From an uncultured Clostridia bacterium (GTDB taxonomy: Bacteria; Bacillota; Clostridia; Christensenellales; UBA1242): 64,000 bases of DNA. Of the stretch, positions 39,501-46,469 are shown one piece after another (the stretch's first letter is position 1; each line of letters begins with the position of its first letter). The stretch lies in NCBI GenBank assembly GCA_934778205.1, contig CAKVOD010000001.1:59037-123036 (forward strand), given 5' to 3'. The translations under genes and the position numbers were made by a program. The notes below the pieces were generated by a model. It ran no database searches. It saw nothing but the letters and a program-made list of their open reading frames with translations, and was not told the origin of the DNA.

Positions 39501-41828
39501 CTTATCTGGCTTGCTTGCATATGGCATACTAGAACCATACGTTGCAGTGACTGAGGTGCTTCCGTTTGCTCCACCCTGTCTATCTAATGTGACAGTATAT
39601 GTTTTTGCAGTCCAATGAGCATAAATCGTAGAACTACTATTAAATGTGGTATAGGTATAAACACGACTACCGCCCGATGAAGAAGTCCACCAGTCATTGA
39701 AAGTATAACCCGTTCTTGTTGCGCTAGGCAAAGACCCAATGCTCGCCCCCGAATTTATCGATTTATAATATTGCGAACTACTCGAATACGTCCACCCCGT
39801 AGTACTAGACCACCCCGTCCCCCCATTTCTATCAGCATAAATAGTTATTTTGTTAACGGTCCATTTTGCATACAGCGTCTTTGTGGTAGCGTCTATGTCC
39901 CACTTTCTGTTTGAGCCCATTGAAGATGTGTAATATTGAGTTCCACTACCCTCTGTACCTGTATAATATCCACCAAATGTGTATCCACTTCTCGTCGGAG
40001 CATCGGCACTAGGCATATCAGAGTCATATGTAGCAGTAACTGTTCCAGTCCCTCCTAAGCCACTTTGTTTATTTAGAGTAACTTTACAAGTTTTTGCCGT
40101 CCAACGCGCATAAATCGTTATGTTACTTTTTACACTTGTAGTTCCCGTACCATCTGACTTAACATACTGAGTATCGGCAGTATCATAGTAACCCTCGAAT
40201 TTATAGCCAGTTCTAGTAGGTAAATTATTTGAAATAGACGAAATTTCATTCCCGTGTGTTACAGTCTGTGTTTTTGGTCCCCCCGTTCCTCCGTTTGGAT
40301 TGAACGTTACAGTGTAGGACAAGGTTTCAGTTCGAGTACAGTAATTTTTATACGTATTATTCGCATTTGAAGTGGTCCACGACACACCACTAGGCGAAAT
40401 AAACATTTGCGTATATGTACGTATCCCATTGCTATCGGTATGTTCCATCTTATACTTTTCCCAATTGCTATCGGTCCAAGTAGAAATATTGCCTGCACAT
40501 AAGACCTCTATTTGTTTTTTAGTAAAGTGGCCAACACAAAAATCCCCCCACTTATTACCGACCGCCTTCCCAACCGTTGTATCCTCATCCCCCACATAAT
40601 AGAGTTTCATCTCAGAAGTACCACGCTTACCCAAATGTACGGTGTCTACGTTGTTTACGCGCCCAGCAATAGTCCCTTTCAAACTACTTCCAGTTACTGT
40701 ACCATAAAAGTAACTTTCATATAGCCAATAATATGATGTTGATTGCGAAGCCGAATCTATCCAGCCCACAAGCCCTCCCGTGCCGTTCCCCCCATTTTTT
40801 GAGTTTTTTACTGTCGCAGTGACTGCACAATTAAAAACCGCATATTTAGAATTGCTCCCACTAATCTCTGACCATCCAATCAATCCCCCTGTATCCCCAT
40901 CAGCGTGTGTTGAAGTAACATTGATAGTAACCCAAGAGTTATATAATTCCCTAGACTTACCCCCGTTTACTAATGTTTGTCCAAAAATACCGCCAACATC
41001 CCCGCTCCCACTAACTTCGCTACTACTACTACTATATGACTTGGTCTGCTTCAGATAACTTATATTTTCCTTTTTGCCGTTCCCTACTCCTCCGTATCCG
41101 CTCAACATATATCCGCGCTTTTGCGCTTGAGCAAACCACGTGCTTATGCCTGAAATGCTGTTCATTGAAACATCGGCCAATTCGCTTGTTGGAAAGCCCA
41201 TTTTTTCGATATCTTCCGAGCCGTTTGTACTGCACTCTATACTTGTATTTTCTGCGCGTCCAGCGATACCGCCCGTTGCTATTCCCCCGACATTTATGTA
41301 TGAGTTGCGCATATCAATGCGGGTGAGAAAAGACTCTTTTACAACGCCAAAAAGGCCATAGTAGTCATACTTATCGCCTGTCATTGTCATAAAGTATATT
41401 GCTTTTTGCGCGCCGTCAAACGTACCCATAAACGGGTGCGCCATTGTGCCGATAGGCGTCCATTCGCGCCCTGCGAGATTGAGTTCGCTTGTCAAAGCAA
41501 AGTGCATTCCCTCATAGGTTGTGCCAGCATTGACGTTGCACGCAAGTTGCGCCAAGTCCGTTGCTGTTGCAATCTTGAACGCGTCCGTTTCCGTACCCGT
41601 GCCCGCCCACGTTTCAGTGCCAAACGCTTGTGGCGTGAGTCCGTCCGTCCATTCAGCCACCGCGACTGCTTTTTTGCTCACAAATGATTGTACTATTGGA
41701 GCCACAAGGATTGCCGTCATTGCCAAAAGGGCAAAGAAAATTGCAAGCAAGAGATTAAATCTTCTTTTTTGCCTTCTTTTGCCAACCTCAACCAACACCG
41801 CTCCGTCTAGCGCTCTCAAAATATCCAT
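27528..41828 (-). CDS. Giant (4766 aa) membrane-anchored surface protein: GLUG-motif N-terminal region plus dozens of Listeria-Bacteroides (InlB B-repeat / Flg_new-type) repeats and a C-terminal TM anchor
   Basis: Single uninterrupted 14.3-kb ORF with GAGGAG RBS and N-terminal TM LLLAIFFALLAMTAILVAPIV. GGIAG/GGIFG/GGLIGW/GGLVGW motifs. Recurring roughly 70-80 aa units of the form Y.(V/I)(T/K)F..NGG......V.Y......LP.P.R.GY.F.GW(Y/F).......(L/I)YA.W. C-terminal TM IFWPLIIAGGILALLVIIFLTYLIV followed by KASKKRSSRDK. Confidence 0.9.
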   Translation of the reverse strand: MDILRALDGAVLVEVGKRRQKRRFNLLLAIFFALLAMTAILVAPIVQSFVSKKAVAVAEWTDGLTPQAFGTETWAGTGTETDAFKIATATDLAQLACNVNAGTTYEGMHFALTSELNLAGREWTPIGTMAHPFMGTFDGAQKAIYFMTMTGDKYDYYGLFGVVKESFLTRIDMRNSYINVGGIATGGIAGRAENTSIECSTNGSEDIEKMGFPTSELADVSMNSISGISTWFAQAQKRGYMLSGYGGVGNGKKENISYLKQTKSYSSSSSEVSGSGDVGGIFGQTLVNGGKSRELYNSWVTINVTSTHADGDTGGLIGWSEISGSNSKYAVFNCAVTATVKNSKNGGNGTGGLVGWIDSASQSTSYYWLYESYFYGTVTGSSLKGTIAGRVNNVDTVHLGKRGTSEMKLYYVGDEDTTVGKAVGNKWGDFCVGHFTKKQIEVLCAGNISTWTDSNWEKYKMEHTDSNGIRTYTQMFISPSGVSWTTSNANNTYKNYCTRTETLSYTVTFNPNGGTGGPKTQTVTHGNEISSISNNLPTRTGYKFEGYYDTADTQYVKSDGTGTTSVKSNITIYARWTAKTCKVTLNKQSGLGGTGTVTATYDSDMPSADAPTRSGYTFGGYYTGTEGSGTQYYTSSMGSNRKWDIDATTKTLYAKWTVNKITIYADRNGGTGWSSTTGWTYSSSSQYYKSINSGASIGSLPSATRTGYTFNDWWTSSSGGSRVYTYTTFNSSSTIYAHWTAKTYTVTLDRQGGANGSTSVTATYGSSMPYASKPDKIYYVFGGYYTSTNGNGTQYYTSSMGSYRNWDKASNTTLYAKWTAETVSISYDSQGGSSVSSTTVKYNSNLTSSNLPTPTRAGFNFVGWYKSTSSSEKLSTSTVANSSNLAINGSAGAYKATVYAKWAEKTPKITLSATTANGYSNTWDDIADWTSSTSSKTASKTYTYNTQFGTMPKPSRTGYTFKGWFASESSSATQYTNTDRVLFDYDTTLYAQWTAIGYNLEIDVAQGTYTGATTVGGSIGKTVEIGAISRTGYRFDGWQVTAGEGSVAKNSSGKWIYTFGAGSGTITALWTANQYTLTFNKNDSTALWGTIPSGFTQSGSNYSKQVTYDDTIKDMPQPTKSGYKFEGWFENTTSSIAWTPSTLYTVAENKTLYARFTANPYILTIEYGNEKGTQTKPGKIGQSYTLENNLTKEGYTFNGWEVTVGNEKWLSGSVFTFDASDATVTAKWNANTYKVNYNSNGGSGSMAQSTFTYGVHGTLTENSFTRTGWQFVRWNTKADDSGTSHIDKADVYNLTSTNGGVITLYAQWGPIQYNITFDANGGIIQPATGFPGATGGKFSIATYNYEQELSVLPDVKLTGYTFGGWYYEDTFNTKVKTTDKATKNCTVYAKLTPNEYTLTLNALNGTLSSVSGWNISNDKHTATKTVTFDSVIGTLPTPTLLGHTFKGWFDGTGASATQYVASSAFIFAGDKTFVAHYETDNMTVFFDPAGGNVSPSQRTVPYNSTIGSLPTPTREGYNFSVWYYEGTTTKAKANDKVTKTITLVAQWSAKTLTLTFNSNGGNFSTGGSTYGQTVTYDKEIGSFPTITKTGATLVGWFENQNGTGTQYLPTTIVKFTESKVIFAHFDIDKYTVIFNATGGTCSITSKVYDYNATYGTLPTPSRVGFKFLGWTKETTGTGYVQSTGIIKEAHTLYAQWRANTYYITFNKNRTDATGTSMAQLTAKYGEGVKLTKNTYSSASADFSGWNIRSNGAGDSYTDEQIVYNLTDGDGSKIELFAQWVDHKYRVVIDTLNTVVGNSNGYSQYGSFALQKDYNHNDVIVFPTITKRGHIFTAFKDEDGRTVAEGSRVTSDMRLIPQFEAKTITYIFDPNGGNFKNIGSGSSSGGLVRISGKFGEQIGRLPEVERTGYTFRYYAERGNESYTIFDGITITVDKDVYAVAQWDAINYVVVFNAGEGTIVSSGEFEGGSSTVSKYVAYDSTYVDLPTATLRGNTFKGWWTAQNMGGTKITTTTKFNNTAPTTLYAGWETSKYTVTISANGGNFGSNADVTKKITGDYGKSYELPIPSRVGYDFNGFDHKSSDDGIASDSTGKWMFTFGLGDATLSAKWTPKTYKVTFNYVENDVTIVSGTMETERPVVYDSTYGAFPVPQKEGKTFAGWARDDGTVVNGTDTVKITSNITLYAQWTDDEYSLTINPNGGTYSGSTQNVTVKGNLNGTTEVKTPTRTGYTFEGWTEAFVGKDGSTNYTGLSGMTYTFGAGNGSLTANWKAIVYEIEFVGGAGAVGEMEKQKISYDMSVALTKNKFTKAGYEFSHWLRADTNTNYNDTDIVYNLVDTSRTLTFTAQWTVKTYVLTVDPNGGIYNGVSAGTKITREFGETFDIPVAEMPTRRGYKFVGFETNANLLGSVTSGYTYTFTASDDTIVAEWEVRVINVTLIIPEGANWKDDATKTKFGVTADKKGHIRATFGQNYVLIPVEDDIVYAGYVFKGFYTSDDKYIESSSLVDFEDDIVLTAKYSEHAYTLTIDPNRGEYNNSSASSIFEGVIGNEQPLETPIRLGYTFMGWEQSGRGTLASDNSKFTFKDDNCKLTAKWRENTYTIKFDKNDEDATGSMADLPCTYDVGGRLPTLGYSKVGYTFMYWTLEKSGGIETYTDGAYINNMTAENNGVVTLYAQWKVITYTITFNANGGTLSSPYMDRNYGAEYGQFPTATKEGYTLDGWFTELNGGNEVKSDDIVRGAITLYAHWTAKTYTITFKAGQGLITAGEDGYTGATGVSETTITVTFGEFYTGMPSAEHDSKLFVGWFVSEQADSLQILNTTTVTVAHDQVFFAHWASDQYIVSFDANGGMVGELSRTVSHGEPYGTLPEPTRTGYVFNGWFFEDTDEQITATSPVAHKGNHTLRAHWTALQFTITFNYDGGQYVATEGFEGDGSTKVVTYDAVFGVLPTASKIGMRTLGWYDDGDRLVDESKLVKILEDITLTAKYENILYTLTIELNGGKYGELEQVQSFSGVYNQTIEILKPTKTGYNFAQYENRLGIGSIEENGDNYQFTFGAGDTTLYAKWDAKDIRVKFHAQAGELVGTGISISTDKKTGTRQYKFGDKFNIVNELPSAKLEGQRFLGWFTEAEGGVQMTNDREITIPNDFDLYAQYEPLLYTLTIDPQGGVFNGSQHTYDFKDKQVKDEVTFNTPTREGYRFVKFIKTGEGTLTAQDEQLSSYKFVFGAGSATLTAQWTNEKYIVTFDYNGADGGDTTATLEVTFDQIYDALPVPTKSGYDFAGWFTTADDDGMRIDNTTTVKIARNHTLYAHWELHKYKLQVLLSGGAIDGVTMTDKEFEAYFGETVNFSIPTRYGYIFKEFEVVGDKGTLDVRLGEGKVYYTFGNDNCKLTAKWENKEIIVNFDYDFATSGNETLSKKVKFDEIYGELPNPEKLGYNFKGWFDSRSGENRVQIIPSVLVKNAETHTLFAVFEEIKTSLTIVLDGGELLLEENPINKKFGETFTFGEPTKTGYDFFEYTSTVDGALLNNGDGTWTYTFGLSNAVVTAHWTAQAVDVTFKLSRDAIADGVTIDWTGLTHTDDTMKATFGEKYGTLPTVSRYGWEFKGWFTEENGQGERIIDTSTVTNPVAHTLYAHFEQYEYTLKIDLNGGTAEGQQLTIVGHAKDNVTVKMPIKTGYTFSGFSIVSGDITQSGGETLAEKLTFTFKESDATIFANYTANTYTLTFNANGDATTLATIPTSPTGEWIVGTGNTSATKTVTFGEKIGAMPTPTRTGYTFIGWTVSGTDGEDVYTPLTRVEFAQELTLNATWSADKFALTIDLDGGKLGENSGVITVTGKNGDTYDITTAPTKTGYTFSGFDVEYAVEGQGSFTQSGNTWKFTFGTGNATITAIWTPIEIIITLNADGAQFDESTLNGWTLAADKQTATKTFNYKDLLGKIESEDGTTSLGALPQVLLDGNKFRGWVDENEILYSETSPIEWLVNTTLTASFAKNNYLLVINTNGGTYSDSEYSNKVGVFNISKEYGTIYTVANPSKVGYTFLGWAGSGVGAFDKVTQTFTFGAGTYTLVAEYEPIKYTINFDANGGTGTMSAQEFTYDVSKVLKENEFTRAGFTFKAWNTERDGTGESFANMGMIFNKTSVTTLYAIWDSAWITMYFDANNGTADPVGIDVQYGKPFGPLPKIERKGHNFGGWFESIINDVPQGDAITKETICKYTESRTFVAFWTIASYEITLPSGYAQDSMTLGVLDAYKGTLSQDGSKASIVYNDDFAFEITILEAYSQSKIRVYATSKTTQVKKEILPINGVYMLTQIADDLIISIGNLNKNTYNVVFDAREGLFGSAQYTTVTVEWGGKITKPTRPTRLHYDFIGWFATADSLAEFDFASYKVYADLTLYAKYEKANYTITFYVDDEVFWTDSVQYESVVAKPSNPVKEGYNFVGWRLPNGTMYSFSSQVTGELSLYAEFDKNTYTVRFYNGARLLDTVEIKYGEKVKVNFPVGITGYDLEGWYADASFNTLFDFDQIITSDTNIFGKYVLQQFRVDFYVNGELQATQQVGWNRWATIPTGINVEVGHHIANWYTDVDLTQLYDFGKSITSDLVLFGKIERDDIVITFVANEQKIFRYVKYGDSLDPQQIPAIPARIGYDKVAPYWEDADLTNITSPITINAVYTINKYTITIIMPDGSRVYKEVEYGKTLTDLPKINTKFGDKVVYDQDLSNITGNLVVRVEVKNYIFWPLIIAGGILALLVIIFLTYLIVKASKKRSSRDKIKELIDTKGR

Positions 41829-41878
41829 ATCTTTTTCTCCTCAAGTAATCGATTTTATGTTTTGTTATTTACCCCTTA

Positions 41879-41908
41879 ATTATACTAAATTTCGACAATT
41901 TAAGTCAA
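41879..41908 (-). promoter_or_regulatory. Sigma-A-type promoter for the giant gene
   Basis: On the minus strand: TTGACT (41908-41903), 18 nt, TATAAT (41884-41879). Confidence 0.45.
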
Positions 41909-42173
41909 ACATTTTAACGCTTATTTTGCAACTTTTCACGCCAATCCCTTGCCCGAAAATCTTTTTGTTCTCTATTGCTCCAAATTTCAAAAAAATGCCC
42001 AAAAATGCTTGATTTCCTTCACAAACTCGACTAAAACAAGAGTTACTGGAGAAAAGTAAGCATTTTTCTTTGAAAATTATTTTCATAAATGCGGTATTAA
42101 TACAAATTTACCGCTTGATTTTTGTGGGAAAAATGGTATAATATGTTCACATTAATTAACAAGGAGAATCATT

Positions 42174-42599
42174 ATGTTATTAGAAGAAATCAAAAAAGCC
42201 AGTATGCAGGCATTGAAAGACCACGACAAGGTGGCGCGCGCAATTTTTGACGTCGTCATCAATAAATGCCAACTCGCACTTGTCGAAAAGCGCGCTAAGG
42301 GTGAAGAACTTACTGACACAGACGTTTTGCAAATTATGCAAAAGGCAGGAAAAGAACTTGCTGAAGAAAAGGAAAACTATTTGAAAGTCGGCAATGCCGA
42401 TGAGGTCGCAAACATTGAAAAACAACAGGCAATTGTTGCATCTTACTTGCCACAAATGATGAGTGAGGCGGAAATTTCGGCTGAAATTGCTAAACTTGAC
42501 GACAAGTCGATTGGCTCGGTTATGCGCCACTTCAAGCAAAACTTCGCAGGTAAATGCGATATGGCAGTCGTTCAACGCCTCGCCAACCCGCGCAAATAA
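42174..42599 (+). CDS. yqeY: GatB/YqeY domain protein
   Basis: LLEEIKKASMQALKDHDKVARAIFDVVINKC ... EAEISAEIAKL. Confidence 0.8.
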   Translation: MLLEEIKKASMQALKDHDKVARAIFDVVINKCQLALVEKRAKGEELTDTDVLQIMQKAGKELAEEKENYLKVGNADEVANIEKQQAIVASYLPQMMSEAEISAEIAKLDDKSIGSVMRHFKQNFAGKCDMAVVQRLANPRK

Positions 42600-42624
42600 C
42601 ACAATACACAAAGGATAAATTATT

Positions 42625-43671
42625 ATGGATTTTGCATCAATATTCAACAATTTTTGGTCAACCACTGGTGTGACCCTCATAAAAACATTTGCAATGATCG
42701 TTTTAGGGCTGTTGCTCATCAAAATTATTATGCGCTACGTCAAAAAAGTGTTTATGGCATCACAAATGGAAGCGGGCTTGAGTTCGTTCCTCTTGTCCGT
42801 CATTCGCGCGGTGCTATATGTTTTGTTGATTTTTCTCATATTCTCGACGCTCGGCGTGTCGATGGGCGCGTTCATTGCGGCGCTCTCAGCGGCGGGCTTA
42901 GCGGTTGCTCTTGCTTTGCAAGACAGTTTGAGCAACCTTGCGTCTGGCATTCTCATTTTGGTAAACAAACCGTTTGTTGAGGGCGACTATATACGCGTCG
43001 GCACTGACGAAGGTACTGTGAAATCTGTACGCATTTTCACAACACAATTTGAAAGTTATGACAAAAAAATTATCACGATACCAAACAAGGCAGTCATCAA
43101 TAGCAATGTTGTCAACTATACTTCAAGTCCAACACGACGCGTCACTATTTTGTTTTGTGTTCCATATAACTCCGACATTGATTACATAAAAAACGTAATT
43201 CAAAACGAATTTAAAACTTGCAAATACGCAATCAAATCGCCAGAAATGTTTATTGGCATTGAAAACTATAACGACCACGGCGTTCAAATGACTTTCAAAA
43301 TTTGGAGCAAATCTGAAGATTATTGGGGTCTATATTACCTTGCGTATGAAAAATTGACTCGCGCACTTAAGGACGCAGGCATCACTATCACAAACGACCA
43401 TTCAATCATCAATATTTCGGACACCGAACGCCGATTGAAAGAAAATGAAACCCGCAAAGCAATTTATGAAAGTAAATTAAAAGCACAAAAACAAAACGAA
43501 GAAAAATCCCCCAAAACACAACAAATTGAAAAACAAGTAGAAACAGAAGAAAAAACACAAAATTTTGAAACAAAAATTACTACAGTAGAGGAAAATGCTG
43601 AAATTTTGGAAGAAAAACCAAAGAAAAAACGAAAATTTTTGTGGGGGCGAAAAAATGATGAAGAAAATTAA
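42625..43671 (+). CDS. Mechanosensitive ion channel family protein (MscS-like) with a charged C-terminal tail
   Basis: LALQDSLSNLASGILILVNKPFVEGDYIRVGTDEGTVKSVRIFTTQFESYDKKIITIPNK. Confidence 0.88.
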   Translation: MDFASIFNNFWSTTGVTLIKTFAMIVLGLLLIKIIMRYVKKVFMASQMEAGLSSFLLSVIRAVLYVLLIFLIFSTLGVSMGAFIAALSAAGLAVALALQDSLSNLASGILILVNKPFVEGDYIRVGTDEGTVKSVRIFTTQFESYDKKIITIPNKAVINSNVVNYTSSPTRRVTILFCVPYNSDIDYIKNVIQNEFKTCKYAIKSPEMFIGIENYNDHGVQMTFKIWSKSEDYWGLYYLAYEKLTRALKDAGITITNDHSIINISDTERRLKENETRKAIYESKLKAQKQNEEKSPKTQQIEKQVETEEKTQNFETKITTVEENAEILEEKPKKKRKFLWGRKNDEEN

Positions 43672-45403
43672 TCAAAAAAATGCTACACCCCGCATTTTTA
43701 CTGCATTTTTGACAAAAAACACAAAAATGTGCCTAAATTTGATTTTAGCCTTAACTATTTTTGTGCTATTTCTACCAATTTGCACACTATCTTGCACAAA
43801 ATCACTACCTAAGCCACAAATTTTGAGCGCTTACGCGCAAAATTCTAACAATATTACAACTGAGGAATTTTCTCCAGATGACTTTGTGGCGTTTGTTGGA
43901 ACGTCTATTAATTTCAAAGTTTATTCACAATATGAAATTGATTGCACAAACAATGACGGGCTGACACTGACAACAAGCACTATTTCCGCTGATTATTATC
44001 TCGTTTCTATTTCAAGCACAAAACCTATTGACTCACAAATCTTGGTCAAAAATAAATTTGGTGGCGTGGCATTTGCGAATTTTAGTTTTATACCTTATGA
44101 AATAAAAACAATCAATCTAATTTCATCGCAAGTTAAATTGAACGCCACAGGCGACAACTATTTGCAAATTTGCTACAATGAAAATACTCAATTACTGCAC
44201 AACGAAACTGTTGGCGTTTCACTCGAAAAAGGCAACTCAACATTGGACACAACTGACGCAAGTGAAATAATTAAATCAATAAATCAACACGTTGTCGTTT
44301 TGAATTTTGAAAACGTTGATTATACTAAATATGTTGGCGCAAAGTTAATCATTTCATTAGGTTCAACTAGCGCAAGCATTGATTTGCAAATTGTCAATTT
44401 ACCTTTCACAAACACATTTACATTGCAAGAATCAACTCTTGAATATTTTGAAAGCACAAAATCTATAAAAGTTGGGGTTTTAATTGACGCCGAATCATTC
44501 GCAACATTTTCGCTACAATCGTCAAATTTTGCTGAAATTAAAAACATTGCAAAAACAAAATCAAGTGACACTTTTGACACCTATACTCTTGTAGTTGACA
44601 TTTCAAAGTCAAACAATCCCACTGAAATTGTCATTTGTGCGCAAACAGCAAGCGGAAAAATTGAACGCGCTTTACGTCTTGTGCCTATCAACACTATCTC
44701 AAAAATTGTAATTTCAGCAAGCAAAACCTCGCTAAAATCGGGAGAAAAAGTAGTTTTCAGTGCAATTTTGGACGATGACTCCTCACTTACAAGCGAAATT
44801 GACTGGTACATCAATGACCAAAAAGTGGAAACTTCTACGCAATTTGAATGTATCCGTGAGCAAGGCGGAACTTTTACTGTTTATGGCAAAATCGGCGACA
44901 CCCAAAGCAATAGTATCACGCTCAATGTTTCTTACAACAATTCAGAACTTATTGTTTGGTATATAGTTTTTGCAATAGCGCTTGCCATTTTGATTGCGCT
45001 AATTATTTTCAAAAGAAAAAAGAAAACTTTTATTTCGTCAATGTCACTAATTGAGCGCGCACGCAAATTTGTTCCCCGCTACAAAACTTATATCAATAAA
45101 TACACGCGACACCAATTCTTCGACCTTGTCTACGACATTGCAAACCTGCGCGATGATGTCAATTTTAATTTTGAAGAAACAAAAGACTTACATTTTGAAA
45201 AGGCAGGTCGCGAACTTGCTGACGCACACAAAATTGTGCGAACAATCTACAAAGCACCAAAAGAAGAAAAAAAGACTTTGCTAGAAAACAATCTTTCTTC
45301 GTTTGAACAAACTATGAACCTAGTCATCGATGATTTGAACGATTACGCACAAAAACACCCTGACCAAGCATTTTTCAAACGCAAAAACAAAACTAAACAA
45401 TGA
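43655..45403 (+). CDS. Membrane protein with a large extracellular N-terminal region and cytoplasmic C-terminal tail, unknown function
   Basis: Start at MMKKINQKN (GGGGG RBS). Signal/TM LNLILALTIFVLFLPICTLSC and a second TM LIVWYIVFAIALAILIALIIF. Confidence 0.6.
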   Translation: MMKKINQKNATPRIFTAFLTKNTKMCLNLILALTIFVLFLPICTLSCTKSLPKPQILSAYAQNSNNITTEEFSPDDFVAFVGTSINFKVYSQYEIDCTNNDGLTLTTSTISADYYLVSISSTKPIDSQILVKNKFGGVAFANFSFIPYEIKTINLISSQVKLNATGDNYLQICYNENTQLLHNETVGVSLEKGNSTLDTTDASEIIKSINQHVVVLNFENVDYTKYVGAKLIISLGSTSASIDLQIVNLPFTNTFTLQESTLEYFESTKSIKVGVLIDAESFATFSLQSSNFAEIKNIAKTKSSDTFDTYTLVVDISKSNNPTEIVICAQTASGKIERALRLVPINTISKIVISASKTSLKSGEKVVFSAILDDDSSLTSEIDWYINDQKVETSTQFECIREQGGTFTVYGKIGDTQSNSITLNVSYNNSELIVWYIVFAIALAILIALIIFKRKKKTFISSMSLIERARKFVPRYKTYINKYTRHQFFDLVYDIANLRDDVNFNFEETKDLHFEKAGRELADAHKIVRTIYKAPKEEKKTLLENNLSSFEQTMNLVIDDLNDYAQKHPDQAFFKRKNKTKQ

Positions 45404-45489
45404 TTATGCTTTGTATTGTGCAAAGATTATCTTTATAATTTATTTAGCATTAAATTTATTTGTTGAACTAAAAAACAATATACTTAAAA

Positions 45490-45540
45490 TTGAAAAATAT
45501 ACTATAACTTGAAAAATATACTATAACTTGAAAAAATATA
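45490..45540 (+). repeat. 19-bp tandem repeat, about 2.7 copies
   Basis: ttgaaaaatatactataac at 45490-45508 and 45509-45527, partial third copy to 45540. Confidence 0.8.
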
Positions 45541-45545
45541 AAAAA

Positions 45546-45590
45546 ATAAGAAAAACCGCATAAATTCGCGGTTTTTCTTATTTTTTTTAA
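45546..45590. terminator. Bidirectional terminator between convergent genes
   Basis: 14-bp stem ataagaaaaaccgc/gcggtttttcttat flanked by an A-run and a T-run. Confidence 0.75.
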
Positions 45591-46009
45591 CGCTTAAATA
45601 TCCCCACAAGCAATGCAAGCACTCCCCAAATGCCAATCAACGCATATAGTGCAGTGAGAACGATTCCCCAAATGTTGGTCAACTTCATTTCAACTGCGCC
45701 TGTATTCAAACTAATCGTGAAAAAGTTGTCTATTTTGAACAACGCAACACCACTTTCGATTTTAAAGTCTTTCGTTGCTCCAACATAAATCTTTTTGTCT
45801 TGTATTTTATAATACAAATCTCCAGAATTATAGCCTGCTATGTTTGTTTTAATTTTGCCGTCAAACGACATACTCACTTCGTATTTTATTTCAGTTCCCG
45901 CAACTGTTGATGACCCGTTATAACTTCCAAACGGGTATATATAAAACGGAAACGCAAAAGTTATTGTGAGCAATACTGCGCTCAACAAAATTCTAATTAA
46001 ACCTTTCAT
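45587..46009 (-). CDS. Membrane protein, unknown function
   Basis: Start at MKGLIRILLSAVLL (GAGGTG RBS), with N- and C-terminal TM segments. Confidence 0.55.
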   Translation of the reverse strand: MKGLIRILLSAVLLTITFAFPFYIYPFGSYNGSSTVAGTEIKYEVSMSFDGKIKTNIAGYNSGDLYYKIQDKKIYVGATKDFKIESGVALFKIDNFFTISLNTGAVEMKLTNIWGIVLTALYALIGIWGVLALLVGIFKR

Positions 46010-46086
46010 ATTTCTCACCTCTTTATATATTCTAACAATTTTCGCGCAATTTGTCAATAATTCGCACCAATTTACATTTTAGTCTT

Positions 46087-46359
46087 TTATTTGTCCAAAC
46101 TTAAGACTTTTTCTTCAAAATTATAAATAGGCAAATCTCGCAACTCTTGCGAATATGCGTAACTCATTCCCGAAACATTTGTGATAGTTTTAAGTTTTAA
46201 ATCAATCAGCACTCGAAATGTGCAATCATCATCATCTTGAATATCTTTTGTCAAACTCCATTTAAAACCTTCACTCTTTGCTTGCATCAAAAATTGTTTA
46301 CGATTGTATTCATTTAATGAAACAACAACTTTATCATTTTTTAAATCACTCAATTTCAT
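46087..46359 (-). CDS. Hypothetical protein
   Basis: 90 aa with GAGGAG RBS. Confidence 0.5.
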   Translation of the reverse strand: MKLSDLKNDKVVVSLNEYNRKQFLMQAKSEGFKWSLTKDIQDDDDCTFRVLIDLKLKTITNVSGMSYAYSQELRDLPIYNFEEKVLSLDK

Positions 46360-46469
46360 ATATTTTATCTCCTCATTTTGTCACATATTCAATTTGGCGT
46401 ACAACTTGTATTTTAAGGTCAATATGTTCAGTGTCACTCAAGTTCGCCGTCAACAAAAGATAGTTGAGC

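Noticed and set aside
27723-41687. Many 60-212 aa ORFs on the plus strand and in alternative frames inside the giant gene (for example 30003-30641 and 31081-31551)
   Set aside because: They lie entirely within, and mostly antisense to, one uninterrupted 14.3-kb ORF with clear repeat-domain protein sequence. They have no RBS and low-complexity Cys/Ser/Val-rich translations typical of shadow ORFs.
42180-42722. 180-aa minus-strand ORF opposite yqeY
   Set aside because: It is antisense to a well-supported GatB/YqeY-domain gene with a good RBS and promoter.
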